From the NCBI RefSeq assembly GCF_030028105.1, contig NC_092392.1, forward strand, positions 18,058,613 to 18,122,612: a stretch of 64,000 nt of DNA. The letters are read 5' to 3'. A program made the position numbers and the translations under genes. Of this stretch, positions 10,411 through 23,457 are shown one piece after another. How positions within the stretch are numbered: the first letter of the stretch is position 1; each line of letters opens with the position of its first letter. Origin of the DNA: Mobula birostris. Its lineage: Eukaryota. The notes beneath the pieces were generated by a model. The model worked only from the letters and a program-made list of their open reading frames with translations, had not been told where the DNA came from and did no database searches.

Positions 10411-13400
10411 TAGTAGGCACTCGCACACTTAAGAAGCATGATTAAGCACTTGAATCGTCTAGGCAATGTCGGCTACAGACCAAATGTCCATAAATGGGGT
10501 TTGTATAGATAGGTACTGGATGATCAGGATGGATGTGGTGGGCTGAATGGTCTGTTTCTATGATGTATTTCCATGACTCTTTGACTTTATTACCCCATCT
10601 ATCTACTTCCTCATACCTTCAACTCTGTCTAGTTTTTGCTTAAGCAAAATTGTAATTACATCATTATTACTAGAGACTCCACAGGAGCCTATTCATCCTT
10701 GGTAAAAACCAATATAAAAACTTCATACAATATAGTATCTTAGCTATGGTCTCTGGTTCTATGAGTAAATTTCTTTTCTTTTTGATTTTTAATTTTTCCT
10801 TTTTGTTTAGTTTTCTTTTATGGTTTCTCCCAATCTTTTCCCCTCCTTTCTTTGGCTCTAATATGTTCTTTCCCCCAGCCCTCAGTCTGGAAATGCCGCA
10901 TTTCTTGTAGAGACACAAACATACTGATCAACAGTTTTCCTCAACATGCCTCTGACATGCCTTCCCTTTTCGCCCCATTATGTCTTTGTTACTGAAGTTA
11001 TATTTGCATAATTAAAATCCCCATTACTACTACTCAGAGACCTTTGCTCATCTCTGCAACTTCCACGTGAATTTTCTTCTCAATCTCCTTCCCACTAGTT
11101 AACAGCCCTCAGTGTCGACCTAAGTGTGAATTTGCACCCCCAGTGCTTCTTTATTCTAAACAAATAAATTCTGTTATTCCAACATATTGTCTCTTTCTCT
11201 CTCCCCCAATCAATATAGCCACTTCCCACTTGTTTCTACCCTTCTCTATCTTTCATCATAGCATTTTATAAAGCATTGTAAGACCAGTAAAGATGTCAAG
11301 TGCAATAGTTGCTTGATAGAATGCCAATAATTAAAGTTGTTAGATTGCGGGTGGCTTTGACAAAGCTAATATGTCAAAATTCTAACAGTATGATAAATAT
11401 AGCTATCACAGGATTTATTATTACAGTGTTTCAAAATGAAGAGTATTGGACATTTTAAGCTGATAGATGCTATCAGTGTTCACCAAAGATTACTTCAATA
11501 AAGTATGCTTTCAAGAAAAGCAATAACAAGAAGCCAATATATGCTTAAATGTAGCATCTTTATCAGCATTCCTAAAAAAAAGATGCTATCACCCAATACT
11601 TTCTCAGCATTCATAATAAAAACTGGTAGAAGGCAGAATTTTATGGGTACTTGTACTTGAATCGTTCCCTGTAGGTAATTACTGAGCCTCTAATTGTTGT
11701 AGCTATCCTGGAGGCAGGGATGGAATATAGCACTCATCTAACAAAGGCACGGTTTAAATTCTAAGCAATAGCTGGCTGTTTCATAGACTAATTAATATTG
11801 CGACCAAGGGAAATCTTTTAAATCATATCAATTTAATTGATTTTTTGGGACCTTTCTTTTAATGGGCGGGGGTTGTGGGTATCAGTAATGGGCTTTGTTT
11901 CCTTTGTGAACTAAATATCGAAAAAGATGGGTGAAAGTTAACAAGAAGATTGAGACAGTAAACATAATTATTCAACTGGAAAGTGAAACGGAGAAGATAA
12001 ACTGGCACAACCCTGCTGGAAATATAATTCTACAGAAATAGGCAGAAGGGAAAATAAATATCTACGTAAAGAGTTATAAAAAGGATACATGAACCATGTT
12101 TGAAAACAAAAGAGATTCATGTTTACCAGAGAATCTACTACCAGGTGTTCTTAAATGGAATGATGAAAATCTCCATTCGTAAGTTTTTTAAAAGTATCAT
12201 CTACTTTGAAAATATGTAAAATACTTTATCATTTCAAAAAATATATAAGTATATTAAAGTACAATACAGATGTTTAATAATTATGCATAAAAGCATTTAT
12301 GTACATTAAAATACCGTATGAAAATAGGTTGACACTTCACTCTGCATTGTTATTTTTCCCTCATACCACCTCAATGTAATTATGTGATGAAATGATCTGT
12401 ATAGATGGCAATCAAAAAATATTTTTCTCATTATCTCAATTCATGTGACAATAATAAACCAATTTTTCAATTTAAATAATTTGTGTAACTAGAAAAGTTC
12501 ATTTCATTATCAGACTATGCTTCAACCAGGGATATCAGACTACGTTTTAACCAGGACTATTAAAAACATTTCATGTTATCTGATACTGACTGTATTTTTA
12601 AACCAAATATAGCTGCCTGCCTAGCACACTGACAATCTGATGAGGCAGGCTCCTGTCAGTGTTACTGGAGAAACTGCTCCCATATTGAGGTGAGCTTATT
12701 GCTTGTAATGCAAAGGACATGACAACCTGCCAAAATAAAAATTCAGCATAATACGCATGAAATAATTTTATTCCGTTTCTCTTAGAGGTTTTGTTTATTT
12801 GTTCCAGAAAGGTGTCAATGAAGAACGGGTTACTTTACATGAACATACATTATGGGGGGAACCTCCACAATTCTTCATCGTCACATAACTGATAAGGAAT
12901 GTATTAAGCTCTTAGATGAAATAGATAGCCCCGATATGCAGCTCACATTTATAAAGGGCCACAAAACCTCAACACTTCTCAGAGCTATTGTTATAAAATT
13001 TAGTTATGAGTGCAATGGATAATGCTACAAAACAAACTAAAATAAAGCTGCATTACTTTTGTCTGGCATCTATTGAATTTATTTCTGCTTATGTTTTATA
13101 CTATTTGAAAGACTCAGACAGGGACTGGCAGTGGGTATGAACTCACTCTCAAGTGTCAGGCACGATGCTGCAAATTCTAAAAAACTGGAACTTCAATTGC
13201 AAGTCATTATCTCATGAAGAGGGCCAGACAAGTCCCTCAATGCCTGACATCTTGCATTCTTGAGTTTAGACTGTTATCCAGATTTCCCTTCCATTATTTC
13301 AGTGTTTATTTATTAATTGCCCACAAAGTAAAAGTGATTGTGTTAATGAAAAGGAGATTAGTCAGACAAAACTAAAATTCTTCATTGTGACTATTGTTCC

Positions 13401-13814
13401 CAAAAATTTATCATTCGATATATATAGAACAGTTTTCCCTTTACTATCATCAGTTCCATTTCTGCTGGATAATAATACAAGATGATATAGGAGAAAACAC
13501 AAAGCAGGCACAAATCTGGGAAGTGACATCTTCTTTCTGAGGGAGAAAAAATTGATAGGCATGACAAGTATGTGACAGGGCTCATCAATGTGTCTATCCA
13601 ATGTGTTGCAATTGTACAGCCACATAAAACTGGAAACAAGGAGGAAAAAAGGAACCATACCCTGGGGGGGGGGGGAGGTTTAGGGGGCTGTATCTCTTCA
13701 TGTTAATAGCCTATCATCCACAGTTAACAGATCCGTTAGTATTTACTTAGTCCCTTAAATAAAATTCGAGATCATGATGTTAGAAGCAACGTACTGGCAC
13801 GGTATGGCCCCTAG

Positions 13815-14385
13815 TTATGTCGGACAGACCCGACGTAGATTGGGAGACCACTTCGCCGAGCATCCGCCAGAACAAGCGGGATTGCCCAGTGGCCACCCAT
13901 TTTAGTTCCACTTCCCATTCTCATTCCGATATGTCCATGCATGGCCTCCTCCACTGTCGGGATAAGGCCATGGTTAGGGTGGAGGAACAAAACCTTATAT
14001 TCCGTTTGGGTAGCCTCCAACCTGATGGCATGGACATGGATTTCTCAAACTTCCAGTAGTGCCTCCACGCGCGCCCCCCCACCCCCGTCCCTCTCTCATG
14101 TTATCTCCTTCCCCACCCATCGCCTCCCTCTGGTGCTCCTCCCCCACCTTTCTTCCATGGCCTTCTGTCTCTTACACCAACTTCCTAGCTCTCTGCTTCA
14201 TCAGTCCCCCTCCAAGTTTCACCTATCCCCTGGCGTTTCTCTCTCCCCTCCTCTCACCTTTCAAATCTACTCCTCAGCTTTTTATCTCCAGTCCTGCCGA
14301 AGGGTTTCAGCCCGAAACGTCGACTGTACTTTTTTCCATAGATGCTACCTAGCCTGCTGAGTTCCTCTAGTACTTTGTGTGTGTT
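13815..14385 (+). mobile_element. Penelope 3' fragment (GIY-YIG C-terminus, 3'UTR, mutated hammerhead at 14289-14326) inserted into an old CR1 piece
   Basis: YVGQTRRRLGDHFAEH...PVATHF...EEQNLIFRLGSLQPDGM; cagtc-CTGCCGA...GAAAC-GTC-gactg. The flanks read as CR1 (LNKIRDH... / IKDWLTGR.QR). Confidence 0.85.
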
Positions 14386-16082
14386 GGCATAGATAAAGAT
14401 TGGTTGACTGGCAGAAGTCAGAGAATGGAGATAAAGAGGTCCTTTTCAGGAAGCTGCTGATATCCATTTAAAGCATTGGGATGTCAAGAACTTTTGAAGA
14501 CAGATGTTGCAACCTCAAAACTAAAGCTGCATGAGATGTCCTCTTTCCTCTCCACATCCTTAAAAAAATACAGGGTGCTAAATTTCTAGAAATAATGTTA
14601 CAATCTTACCAATCCAGGAGAAATGCACTGCTCTGTTGATTACTAATGCCAAGGATCATTCTATTTAAGCTCTTTAGGAACAGTAAAGGGGAAGAAAACT
14701 GCCGATGCTAAGTTACTGCCATTTTTTTGCCAGGGGTTGTACTTAATGCTTCATATTTCATTCTTCTGAAGGCACTAAAGCCAAGACTTTAAGAGGCAAG
14801 TGACTAAACACTCATACATATTAAGCACCTGTGAACAAAGGTGAATTTTAAAATATTTCAAACATTAAACAACGTTACCTGTCTTAATTACCACTTAAAA
14901 GGTGTGAGCCAGAAGCTTCAAGCTCAATACAAAGGAATAGTTAATTTGAAGGAAATTTAAATTATTACCACAGGAGGGTGCTGTTGCAGTGGGCCCTTTA
15001 GTAATTCCAGTTCTCTGTCTTGGACAGACCTTCAATTTTGCAAATAATTTAAGTGTTTATTTCCTCTGGGCTTTCAATGTCGATTCACAGAATGGTACTA
15101 CTTTTTCCCATTTACAGACCATTCAGAATGAGCTCTGTGTAATAACCATTTACAATCTCAAAGGAATATATGGGTTTCAATAAACATGTTGCACTGGAAA
15201 TAGAATTGGCAAACAGTCGGGAGTTTGGATAATTACTGTGCAAGGTTGCTTGAGCAGTTGGAATAAATTCAAACGATAGCTCCTGCAAAGGTGCCATTAT
15301 TTCCCAAACTCAGGGGAATTGGATCTCCTTTGCAATGCCTTACCCTCATCCCCTGAACCCCATCACTGGTAGACTTCCCTCTGGAGTTCAGCCATTGCCC
15401 AACTCATGAAGGTGATGCATCCCTGGGAAAATGTTTAATAAGTAGAGTTTCGTAAATCAAAAGGGTGGAAAAATATATCCTGAATATTTTGCTATGCTTT
15501 ACGGGCCGACAGTGGGAAGTTATTCACAAAGCAAAAAATAGAGTTTGTAAATCGAAGAGCTGGATTGCAAAGAGTTTGTGGCATTATTGCCAAAACTCAA
15601 AGATCAGGGAATACGGTACGCCATGGTGCTGCAATTCTTTGAGGTACAATTTGAGTTCATTGTAACTGTAAGGTTAACGTATGGTAAGATTAATAATCAT
15701 GAAAAAATATACAAGAAGTCAGGCAAGCAGCAGGTGTGCGATAAAGCTCAGGTTCTTAAGTCTATTGTTAGAATCTAGACTATTGTTAGCTCACTTAAAA
15801 AGACATGCCCCCCTCCTACATCTCTCTCTCCTTCCTTTTATCTATCTATCTAGTTATCCATTACATATTGCTATTTAACTAGTTATGGTTCTATGACTAT
15901 TTATTATTTATGGTGCAACTGTAACGAAAACCAATTTCCTCCTGGGATCAATAAAGTATGACTATGACTATGAACTACCTATCTAACTATCGATCTATTC
16001 TTGCCACCAGAAGTATCTGGTAGTAGATGCATACTAAAGTCAATGCAGAAATTTAAACTTTTACAATTTTTGTTTAAGAATT

Positions 16083-16840
16083 CAAAGCTGGTTGTGGACT
16101 TCAGGAAGGGTAAGACAAGGGAACACAAATCTATCCTCATAGGTGGAGAGAGTGAGCAATTTCAAGTTCCTGGGTGTCAAGATCTCTGAGGGTCTAACCT
16201 GGTCCCAACATATCGATGCAGCTACAAGGCAGGCAAGTCAGTGGCTCTATTTCTTTAGGAGTTGAAGGGATTTGGTTTGTTAACTAAAACACTCAAAAAT
16301 GTTGATAGATGTACCTTGGAGAGCATTCTGACAAACTACATCACTGTCTGGTATGTGGGGCTACTGCACAGGACTGAAAGAAGCTACAGAAGGTCATCTT
16401 TGGTACTAGCCTCCATTGTACTCAAGACATCTCCAAGGAGCGGTGCATCAGGAAGATGATGTCCATTATTAAGGACCCCAACACCCAGGGCATGCCCTCT
16501 TCTCATTGTTACCGTCAAGAAGGAGGTACAGAAGCCTGAAGGTACACTCAACGATTCAGCTTCTTCCCCGCTGCCATATTCCTAAATGGACATTGAACCC
16601 ATGAACACTACCTCACTTTTTTAATATATTTTATTTCTGTTTTTGCATTATTTTTAATCTATTCAATCAATCAATATATATATACACACATACATACACA
16701 CACACACTTTCTGTATACTTACTGTAATGGATTTATTTACTTTTCTTTCTATGGTATCATGCATAACATTGTACTGCTACCGCAAAGTTATCAAATTACG
16801 CAACACATGCTGGTGATAATATATCTGTTTCTGACTTTAA
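16083..16840 (+). mobile_element. Rex1/Babar LINE 3' fragment
   Basis: LVVDFRKGK...FKFLG...LESILT.YITVWY; 3'UTR ends ggtgataatatatctgtttctga. Confidence 0.8.
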
Positions 16841-17019
16841 TATTAAGATCATTATGAATGTTGTTGACCAATCTGCCTGGAACTGAAAAGTAACTAATTA
16901 GTCCAAACACTTGAACTGTAAGATTTGTAAGAGTCCGCGCTCATACTTAGATCAATGCCAGTCCCTCAGCATTTTCCCTAAACTCCATCTCAGGCCCTGA
17001 TCTTCCTATCATCTGCACC

Positions 17020-17205
17020 ATGCGTAATGAACAGTAGCCAATCACCCTAACAACTCACATGTTATTGTGATGTGGTGGAAAACTGAAGCACGTGGAGTAA
17101 ACTCGTGGTCTTGGAGAGAGAGTGCAAACTCCACATTAACAGCAGCTGATATCAGAATTGAACCTGGGTCCCTGGAGCTGGCAACAGCAGAATTATCTGT
17201 CGTGG
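17020..17205 (-). mobile_element. Degenerate V-SINE/HE1-like tRNA SINE
   Basis: On minus, gacccaggttcaattc (B box) and a ggttt..ccaccaca V-domain-like segment. Confidence 0.55.
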
Positions 17206-18061
17206 TCCTTGCTGTCCAAACTCTTCATATTTCTGTAAATGTTCATTTTCTTGATATAATGGTGCTCTGGTTCTCCTTTCATGGCACAGAGGGACTCAAA
17301 TCATTAAACCAGTCCTCCGATATCAGGGCAAAACAGACATTCACATAGGGGAAGAGATTGCTTCATGAAGCCTTTGGGCTGCCAAGAGTAACAACCAGTT
17401 TCTGTCACACATGACTTGTGCATAATCGTCAGCAAGTTGTGCTGCCCTAATTAATGGCAGGGACCACCTTCTCAGGCGTGAAGAGGAATCAGGCATAAAT
17501 GAGCCGAGTGTTTCTGTTACAAATGTTGGCTTTAAAAAAGCTGACGTCTCATTCAAAACCCAATTCTGCTTTATCGACCTTCCAATTGACGGCGTGAAAA
17601 CGATTGGAAATTACTGAGGGAGCACGTGATGTTCCACTGCCCACATTAACCTTAGGCTACAGTCCTACTACCCAGATCCTTGTCAAGATCACAACCAGCG
17701 ACGATGTGGAGGAATTACAGAGGCAGAGAATGTGAAGAAACATCAATAAAGATACAATCAGAGAACCGAGGCACTTCAGCTTTTCTCTCACCTCAGCTCC
17801 ATCTGCAAATTCAGCTCTCTCAAGCTGTCAGTCTTGATAAGACCACAATGACAGCTCTTGTGATAATATCATCAGCGTTTGTTGTCCAAGGGGCAGAAAT
17901 ACCACAGCGCTGCTAAGATTAATCTTGTCAACAACACGTCTTTACAGAACCACCCTACCTATTCAAAGTATTCAGAAAATGCTTAATGAATGAATGCTAA
18001 ATCAATGCAATCCATTTAAAACAATGAAACTTGAAACATTGCTTCATGAAACTATTTATTT

Positions 18062-18316
18062 ACTTAATTGAGACATAGTATGAAACGGGCCCTTCCGGCC
18101 TGTTTAAACACCCGATTTAAACCTAGCTTAATCACGAGACAATTTACAGTGAACAAATAACCTACCAACCGGTACATCATTGGACTGTGGGAGGAAACCA
18201 GAGCACCCGAAGAAAACCTGGGGAAAATGTTCAAGTTCCTTATAGATAGTGACGGGAATTGAACCCAGGTCACTGGTACTGTAAAGTGTTGTGCTAACCA
18301 CTAGGTACCATGCCAT
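18062..18316 (-). mobile_element. tRNA-derived V-SINE (HE1-like)
   Basis: On minus, A-box-like tagtggttagcac, B box ggttcaattccc, and V-domain gggtgctctggtttcctcccacagtcca. Confidence 0.8.
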
Positions 18317-18865
18317 AACTTGCTCATCTTCTACACTGACAAATCCTTAAGGCCATTTAGACCTTCTTAGAATGATCCACCCCCATCTCCCAACTATTTC
18401 TATATTCAATCTACTCTTAGACAATGTGAAAACAATCATTCCACACCCATTTATATATGGAGCAAAATATAAAGAATTTAACAATGATAATGATTAAAAG
18501 TGACACAGATGCAGAAGATCTCCAGAACCACACTGTTTCCATTCCAGAATCTTGAGAAAACATTGCGAATACTGGAAGATTACATTAAGGGCAGCTACAA
18601 GCTTCACTTGATTCAACAATATTCATTTAGATTTATGAATTTTGCATATGTTGAAGAAAGCTGTGAGAGAGAAACCAGGAAACTGAAATCTAGTTAGCTT
18701 AACATCCATTATCACTATATTGCCAGGATAGAGAGACTGAACACATGAAAATTTTCATCTGATCTGATTTTTTTTCTCTTCTTCTTCTTTATTGTATTGA
18801 ACTGTTGCTGCTAAGTTAACAAAATTCTAGACACATGCCGGTGATAATATACCTGATTCTGATTC

Positions 18866-19541
18866 TTAGATTAGATTATGAGAACACGCAGCCCTCTTTT
18901 ATTGTCATTTAGTAATGCATGCATTAAGAAATGATACAATGTTCCTCCAGAATGATATCACAGAAACACAGGGCAGACCAAGACTAAAAAAACTGACTAA
19001 GACCAAATAATTATAACATATAGTTACAACAGTGCAAAGCAATACCGTAATTTGATAGAAGAACAGACCATGGGCATGGTAAAAAATATCGAAGTCTCTC
19101 GAAAGTCCCATTATCTCACGCAAACGGTAGAAGGAAGAAAAACTCTCTTCCTGCCATGAGCTTCCAGTGCCGCAAACTTGCAGATTCAGCACCCTGGAAG
19201 AACCCCAACCACAGCCAACTCTTGAGTCCGTCCGAAAACTTCGAGCCTCCGACCAGCCCTCCGACACCGAGCACCATCTCTGCTGAGCGCTTTGACCCCG
19301 GCCCCGGCAACAGGCAATAGTCGAAGCCGAGGATCTGGGGCCTTCCCCTCCGGAGATTCTCCATCGCACAGTAGCAGCGGCAGCGAAGCGGGCGTTTCAG
19401 AAGTTTCTCCAGATGTTCCTCCGTGCTTCTCACGGCTGTCTCCATCAAATTAGGATTGTGCACGGCATCCTACTTCACAAATACGATATCAATTCGGAGC
19501 AGCCGTGCACGCTGCGTCGCACTGCCATCTTCTCCTCCCCT
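18866..19541 (-). mobile_element. ~670-bp non-coding retroposon, copy 1 (GC-rich AAGATGG head, (AATCT)n tail)
   Basis: High similarity to 21213-21750, 45477-46160 and 57950-58519; no conserved ORF. Confidence 0.8.
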
Positions 19542-19919
19542 CCCCTGCGTCAGAATCAGGAATAATTTATAGAAGATTGGCATGTCTGACCACGCTTCCC
19601 TTCTCTCCCTCATAAACTTCTGTTCCTTTACCACTCTTTCTTAGGGAGGAACAGGGTAAATGAAAATGGCTCATGGAAATATTTATCTGTATATCAAGGT
19701 AATGGATGTTAGCTTACATTTTTACACAGCTCTGGTTACCCTACACATGCAACAATGAGAACAGTCTCTTACTGTACACTTACGGAGGGCACAACTTGCT
19801 CCAGTGTGATATCGGTATCCCACACCATCACTTACAAGGAAAGCTTGTACAAATTTGGGCTAAAGTCCATGGAAATTAGCAGGTTAAGAGGTGACTTGAT
19901 CAATGTTTTTAAATATATC

Positions 19920-20237
19920 ATTGTACATGGGGACATAGCCTCAAGACTGGGGGGTGTAGATTTAGGACAGAGATGAGGAGAAACTGCTTTTCCCAGAGTG
20001 TGGTGAATCTGTGGTATTCCCTGCCCAATGAAGCAGTGGAGGCTACTTCACTAAATAGATTTAAATCAAGGTTGGCTAGATTTTGCATAGTAGAGGAATT
20101 AAGGGTTATGAGGAAAAGGCAGATAGGTGGAGATGAGTCCACGGCCAGATCAGCCATGATCTTACTGACTGGCGGAGCAGGCTCAATGGGCCAGATGGCC
20201 TACTCCTGCTCCTATTTCTTATGTTCTTATGTTCTAA
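19920..20237 (+). mobile_element. CR1 LINE 3' end
   Basis: RG HSL...FRTEMRRNCFSQSVVNLW; tail cctatttcttatgttcttatgttct. Confidence 0.85.
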
Positions 20238-20959
20238 ATTGACAGGGAAGGAGGGAATTTAATGTCCAATGGTTGGGAAGTCTAGAAAGTAACAAAATCT
20301 GAAAATTAAGAGTCAAATATTAGCAGTGAAATGAACTAATACAGATGCAGGTAGTCTGAAACGAATGGCAAATCTTGAGAACAGATGGTTGAGCTTTTAA
20401 TCTCAACACAATTTGCTATAGATATTGCTTGAATTTCTGATAATGTCCAGTGGTTGAACTGAATGTTCCCTGTTTTGATCTTGTGATAATGAAATCAACT
20501 AAAGCCGAAAAACACAGAGATAAATTGATTTCCTAATGGAGCTCCATAAATCCCAGGCAGAAAAGCAAGCAACATTTTTAGTGTCAATGTTTCAAAAGAT
20601 CTCCTGAAACATTATTGGATCACAGACTTGTAGAAAAATTATAGCACAGTAAGAACACATTCAAGTCCAGCAGATTTATTGTGCTCGGTATCATTCCATT
20701 TCGTGTTGCACCTAAAAAGAAAGTGCTGTGTCTCACCATGAATTTCAGCTGATTTTTCATCATAATTCGATCAACAGAGCAACCAAAGATACTCTACGTC
20801 CGACTCGTCAGCTTGCAGCACAGAGCCACCAAGCTTCAACAAACACCTAAATGTACGTTCAGCTTTTTTGTTAATGCTTTTCTTTAATTCACTCACTACT
20901 TTTTTAACTAACATCTCAAAATTGTTACTTTTTTTGCAAATCACTTTAACTGGTTTTCA

Positions 20960-21960
20960 GAATCAGGTTTATTGTCACTGAGGTTAATTGTGAAATTTGT
21001 TGTTTGGCAAGAATGATAAATTGCTATAAGTTATAGTAAATAAATAGATAGATAGATAGATGGATAGTGCAAAAAGAAGAATAGCTAGGTAGTGCTCATG
21101 GTTTATGGACCATTCAGACATCTGACGGTAGAAGGGAAGAAGCTGTTCCTAACAGGCTGGGTGTGTCACTTCAGCCTCCAGTACTTCTCCCTGATGGTAG
21201 TAATGAGTCAGAACCACATAATTATAACATATAGTTACAGCAGTGCAAAGCAATACCATAATTTGATAAAGAACAAACCATGGGCACGATTAAAAAAAAG
21301 TCTCAAAGTCCCCAAGTCGATCGACTCCCGAGTCCCTGATAGAAGGCGGCAAAAGGGAGAAACTCCATGCCATAAACCTCCAGGCACCGTCAACTTGCTG
21401 ATGCCTTGGAAGCAGCTGACCACAGCCGACACTGAGTCCATCCGTCCAAAAACCTTGAGCCTCCGACCAGCCCCTCCGATACAGCCTCCCGAGCGCCTTC
21501 AACCTCGCCCCGGCTGCTGAAACACGCAAAGCCAAGGATTCGGGGCCTTCTGCTCCGGAGATTCTGGTTACCACACAGTAGCAGCGGCAGCGAAGCGGGC
21601 ATTTCAAAAGTTTTCCAGATGTTCCTCCGTACTCTCACGTCCGTCTCCATCAAATCAGAATTGTGCATGGTCCCCTACTTGACAGATTACAGGTATCATT
21701 CACCGGAGAGGCCGCGCGCGCTGCCGTTGCGCCGCCATCTTCTCCTCCCTTCAAAGATGTTCTCGACGATGTACAGGCTTGTACCTATGATGGAGCCGGC
21801 TATGCCCACAAATCTCTGTGGCCTCTTTCGACCCTGTGTATTGGAGGCTCCATAAGAGACGGTGATGCAACCAGTCAGAATGCTTCACTGGGTACATTTG
21901 TAGGAATTTGCTAAATTTCTTTAAACTCCTAACGAAGTTCAGTACTAACAGGCCTTTGTC
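20960..21960 (-). mobile_element. Rex1/Babar LINE 3' part interrupted by retroposon copy 2 (21213-21750)
   Basis: cagaatcagg tail at about 20960; SILTGCIT.SYG-type coding remnants at 21750-21960. Confidence 0.75.
21213..21750 (-). mobile_element. ~670-bp non-coding retroposon, copy 2 (3'-truncated)
   Basis: Same family as 18866-19541; intact GCCGCCATCTT (YY1 consensus) at 21731-21741. Confidence 0.8.
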
Positions 21961-22146
21961 ATGAATGCAGTCTCCTGTGTCAGCTCCACTATGAGACAAG
22001 TAGGTGTGGCTGTGGGCATTGCGTACTGGAAAGAGTAGTTGTGGCAGGAGATTAAGTCAAGTATAATTCTGGCCAACAATTCCAAATCATGTTCAATTAA
22101 AATATGTCAAATTTGAATTTAGATTGGGCTTTCCCAGTTTTCCCAG

Positions 22147-23457
22147 TACCTGGAGGCATATGACAAGATTAGCAGAACTCAGCATGGATTCCTTAAAGGC
22201 AAATCCTGCCTGACAAACCTATTACAGTTTTTTTGAGGAAATTACAAGTAGGCTAGACAAGGGAGATGCAGTGATGTTGTATATTTGGATTTTCAGAAGG
22301 CCTTTGACAAGGTGCCACACATGAAGCTACTTAACAAGATAAGAGCCCATGGAATTACGGGAAAGTTACATACGTGGATAGAGCGTTGGCTGATTGGCAG
22401 GAAACAGAGAGTGGGAATAAAGGGATCCTATTCTGGTTGGCTGCCAGTTACCAGTGGTGTTCCACAGGGGTCCGTGTTGGGGCCGCTTCTTTTTACATTG
22501 TACATCAACGATTTGGATTATGGAATAGATGGCTTTGTGGCTACGTTTGCTGATGAAACAAAGATAGATGGAGGGGCTGGTAGTGCTGAGGAAACAGAGA
22601 GTCTGCAGAGAGACTTGGATAGATTGGAAGAATGGGCAAAGAAGTGGCAAATGAAATACAATGTTGGAAAGTGTATGGTTATGCACTTTGGCAGAAGAAA
22701 TAAACGGGCAGACTATTATTTAAATGGGGAGAGAATTCAAAGTTCTGAGATGCAACAGGACTTGGGAGTCCTCGTACAGGATACCCTTAAGGTTAACCTC
22801 CAGGTTGAGTCAGTGGTGAAGAAGGTGAATGCAATGTTGGCATTCACTTCCAGAGGAATAGAGTATAGGAGCAGGGATGTGATGTTGAGGCTCTATAAGG
22901 CACTGGTGAGACCTCACTTGGAGTACTGTGGGCAGTTTTGGTCTCCTTATTTAAGAAAGGATGTGCTGACATTGGAGAGGGTACAGAGAAGATTCACTAG
23001 AATGATTCTGGGAATGAGAGGGTTAACATATGAGGAACGTTTGTCCGCTCTTGGACTGCATTCCTTGGAGTTTAGAAGAATAGGGGAGACCTCATAGAAA
23101 CATTTCGAATGTACAGAGTGGATGTGGCAAAGTTGTTTCCCATGATGGGGGAGTCTAGTACGAGAGGGCATGACTTAAGGATTGAAAGGCGCCCATTCAG
23201 AACAGAAATGCGAAGTTTTTTTCGTCAGAGGGTGGTGAATCTATGGAAGTTGTTGCCACGGGCGGCAGTGGAGGCCAAGTCATTGGGTGTATTTAAGGCA
23301 GAGATTGATAGGTATCTGGGTAGCCAGGGCATCAAAGGTTATGGTGAGAAGGCGGGGGAGTGGGACTAAATGGGAAAATGGATCAGCTCATGATAAAATG
23401 GCGGAGCAGACTCGATAGGCCGAATAGCCAACTTCTGCTCCTTTGTCTTGTGGTCTT
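22147..23457 (+). mobile_element. CR1 LINE, 5'-truncated (RT through 3' tail)
   Basis: The 270-aa ORF 22285-23097 has DFQKAFDKVPH, GVPQGSVLGP, FADE (catalytic DD mutated) and RPHLEYC.QFW; tail ctttgtcttgtggtct. Confidence 0.93.

Noticed and set aside
14810-14870. Minus-strand ...QVLN followed by a gtatga-like donor, resembling the end of the next CACNA2D1 exon (EQLLN)
   Set aside because: The upstream frame has a stop and no NVRNKK or TAKG similarity.
18905-19463. ORFs of 115-154 aa in the ~670-bp repeat, and similar ORFs at 21092-21999 and 45525-46029
   Set aside because: Reading frames are not conserved between copies; they are by-products of GC-rich non-coding repeat sequence.
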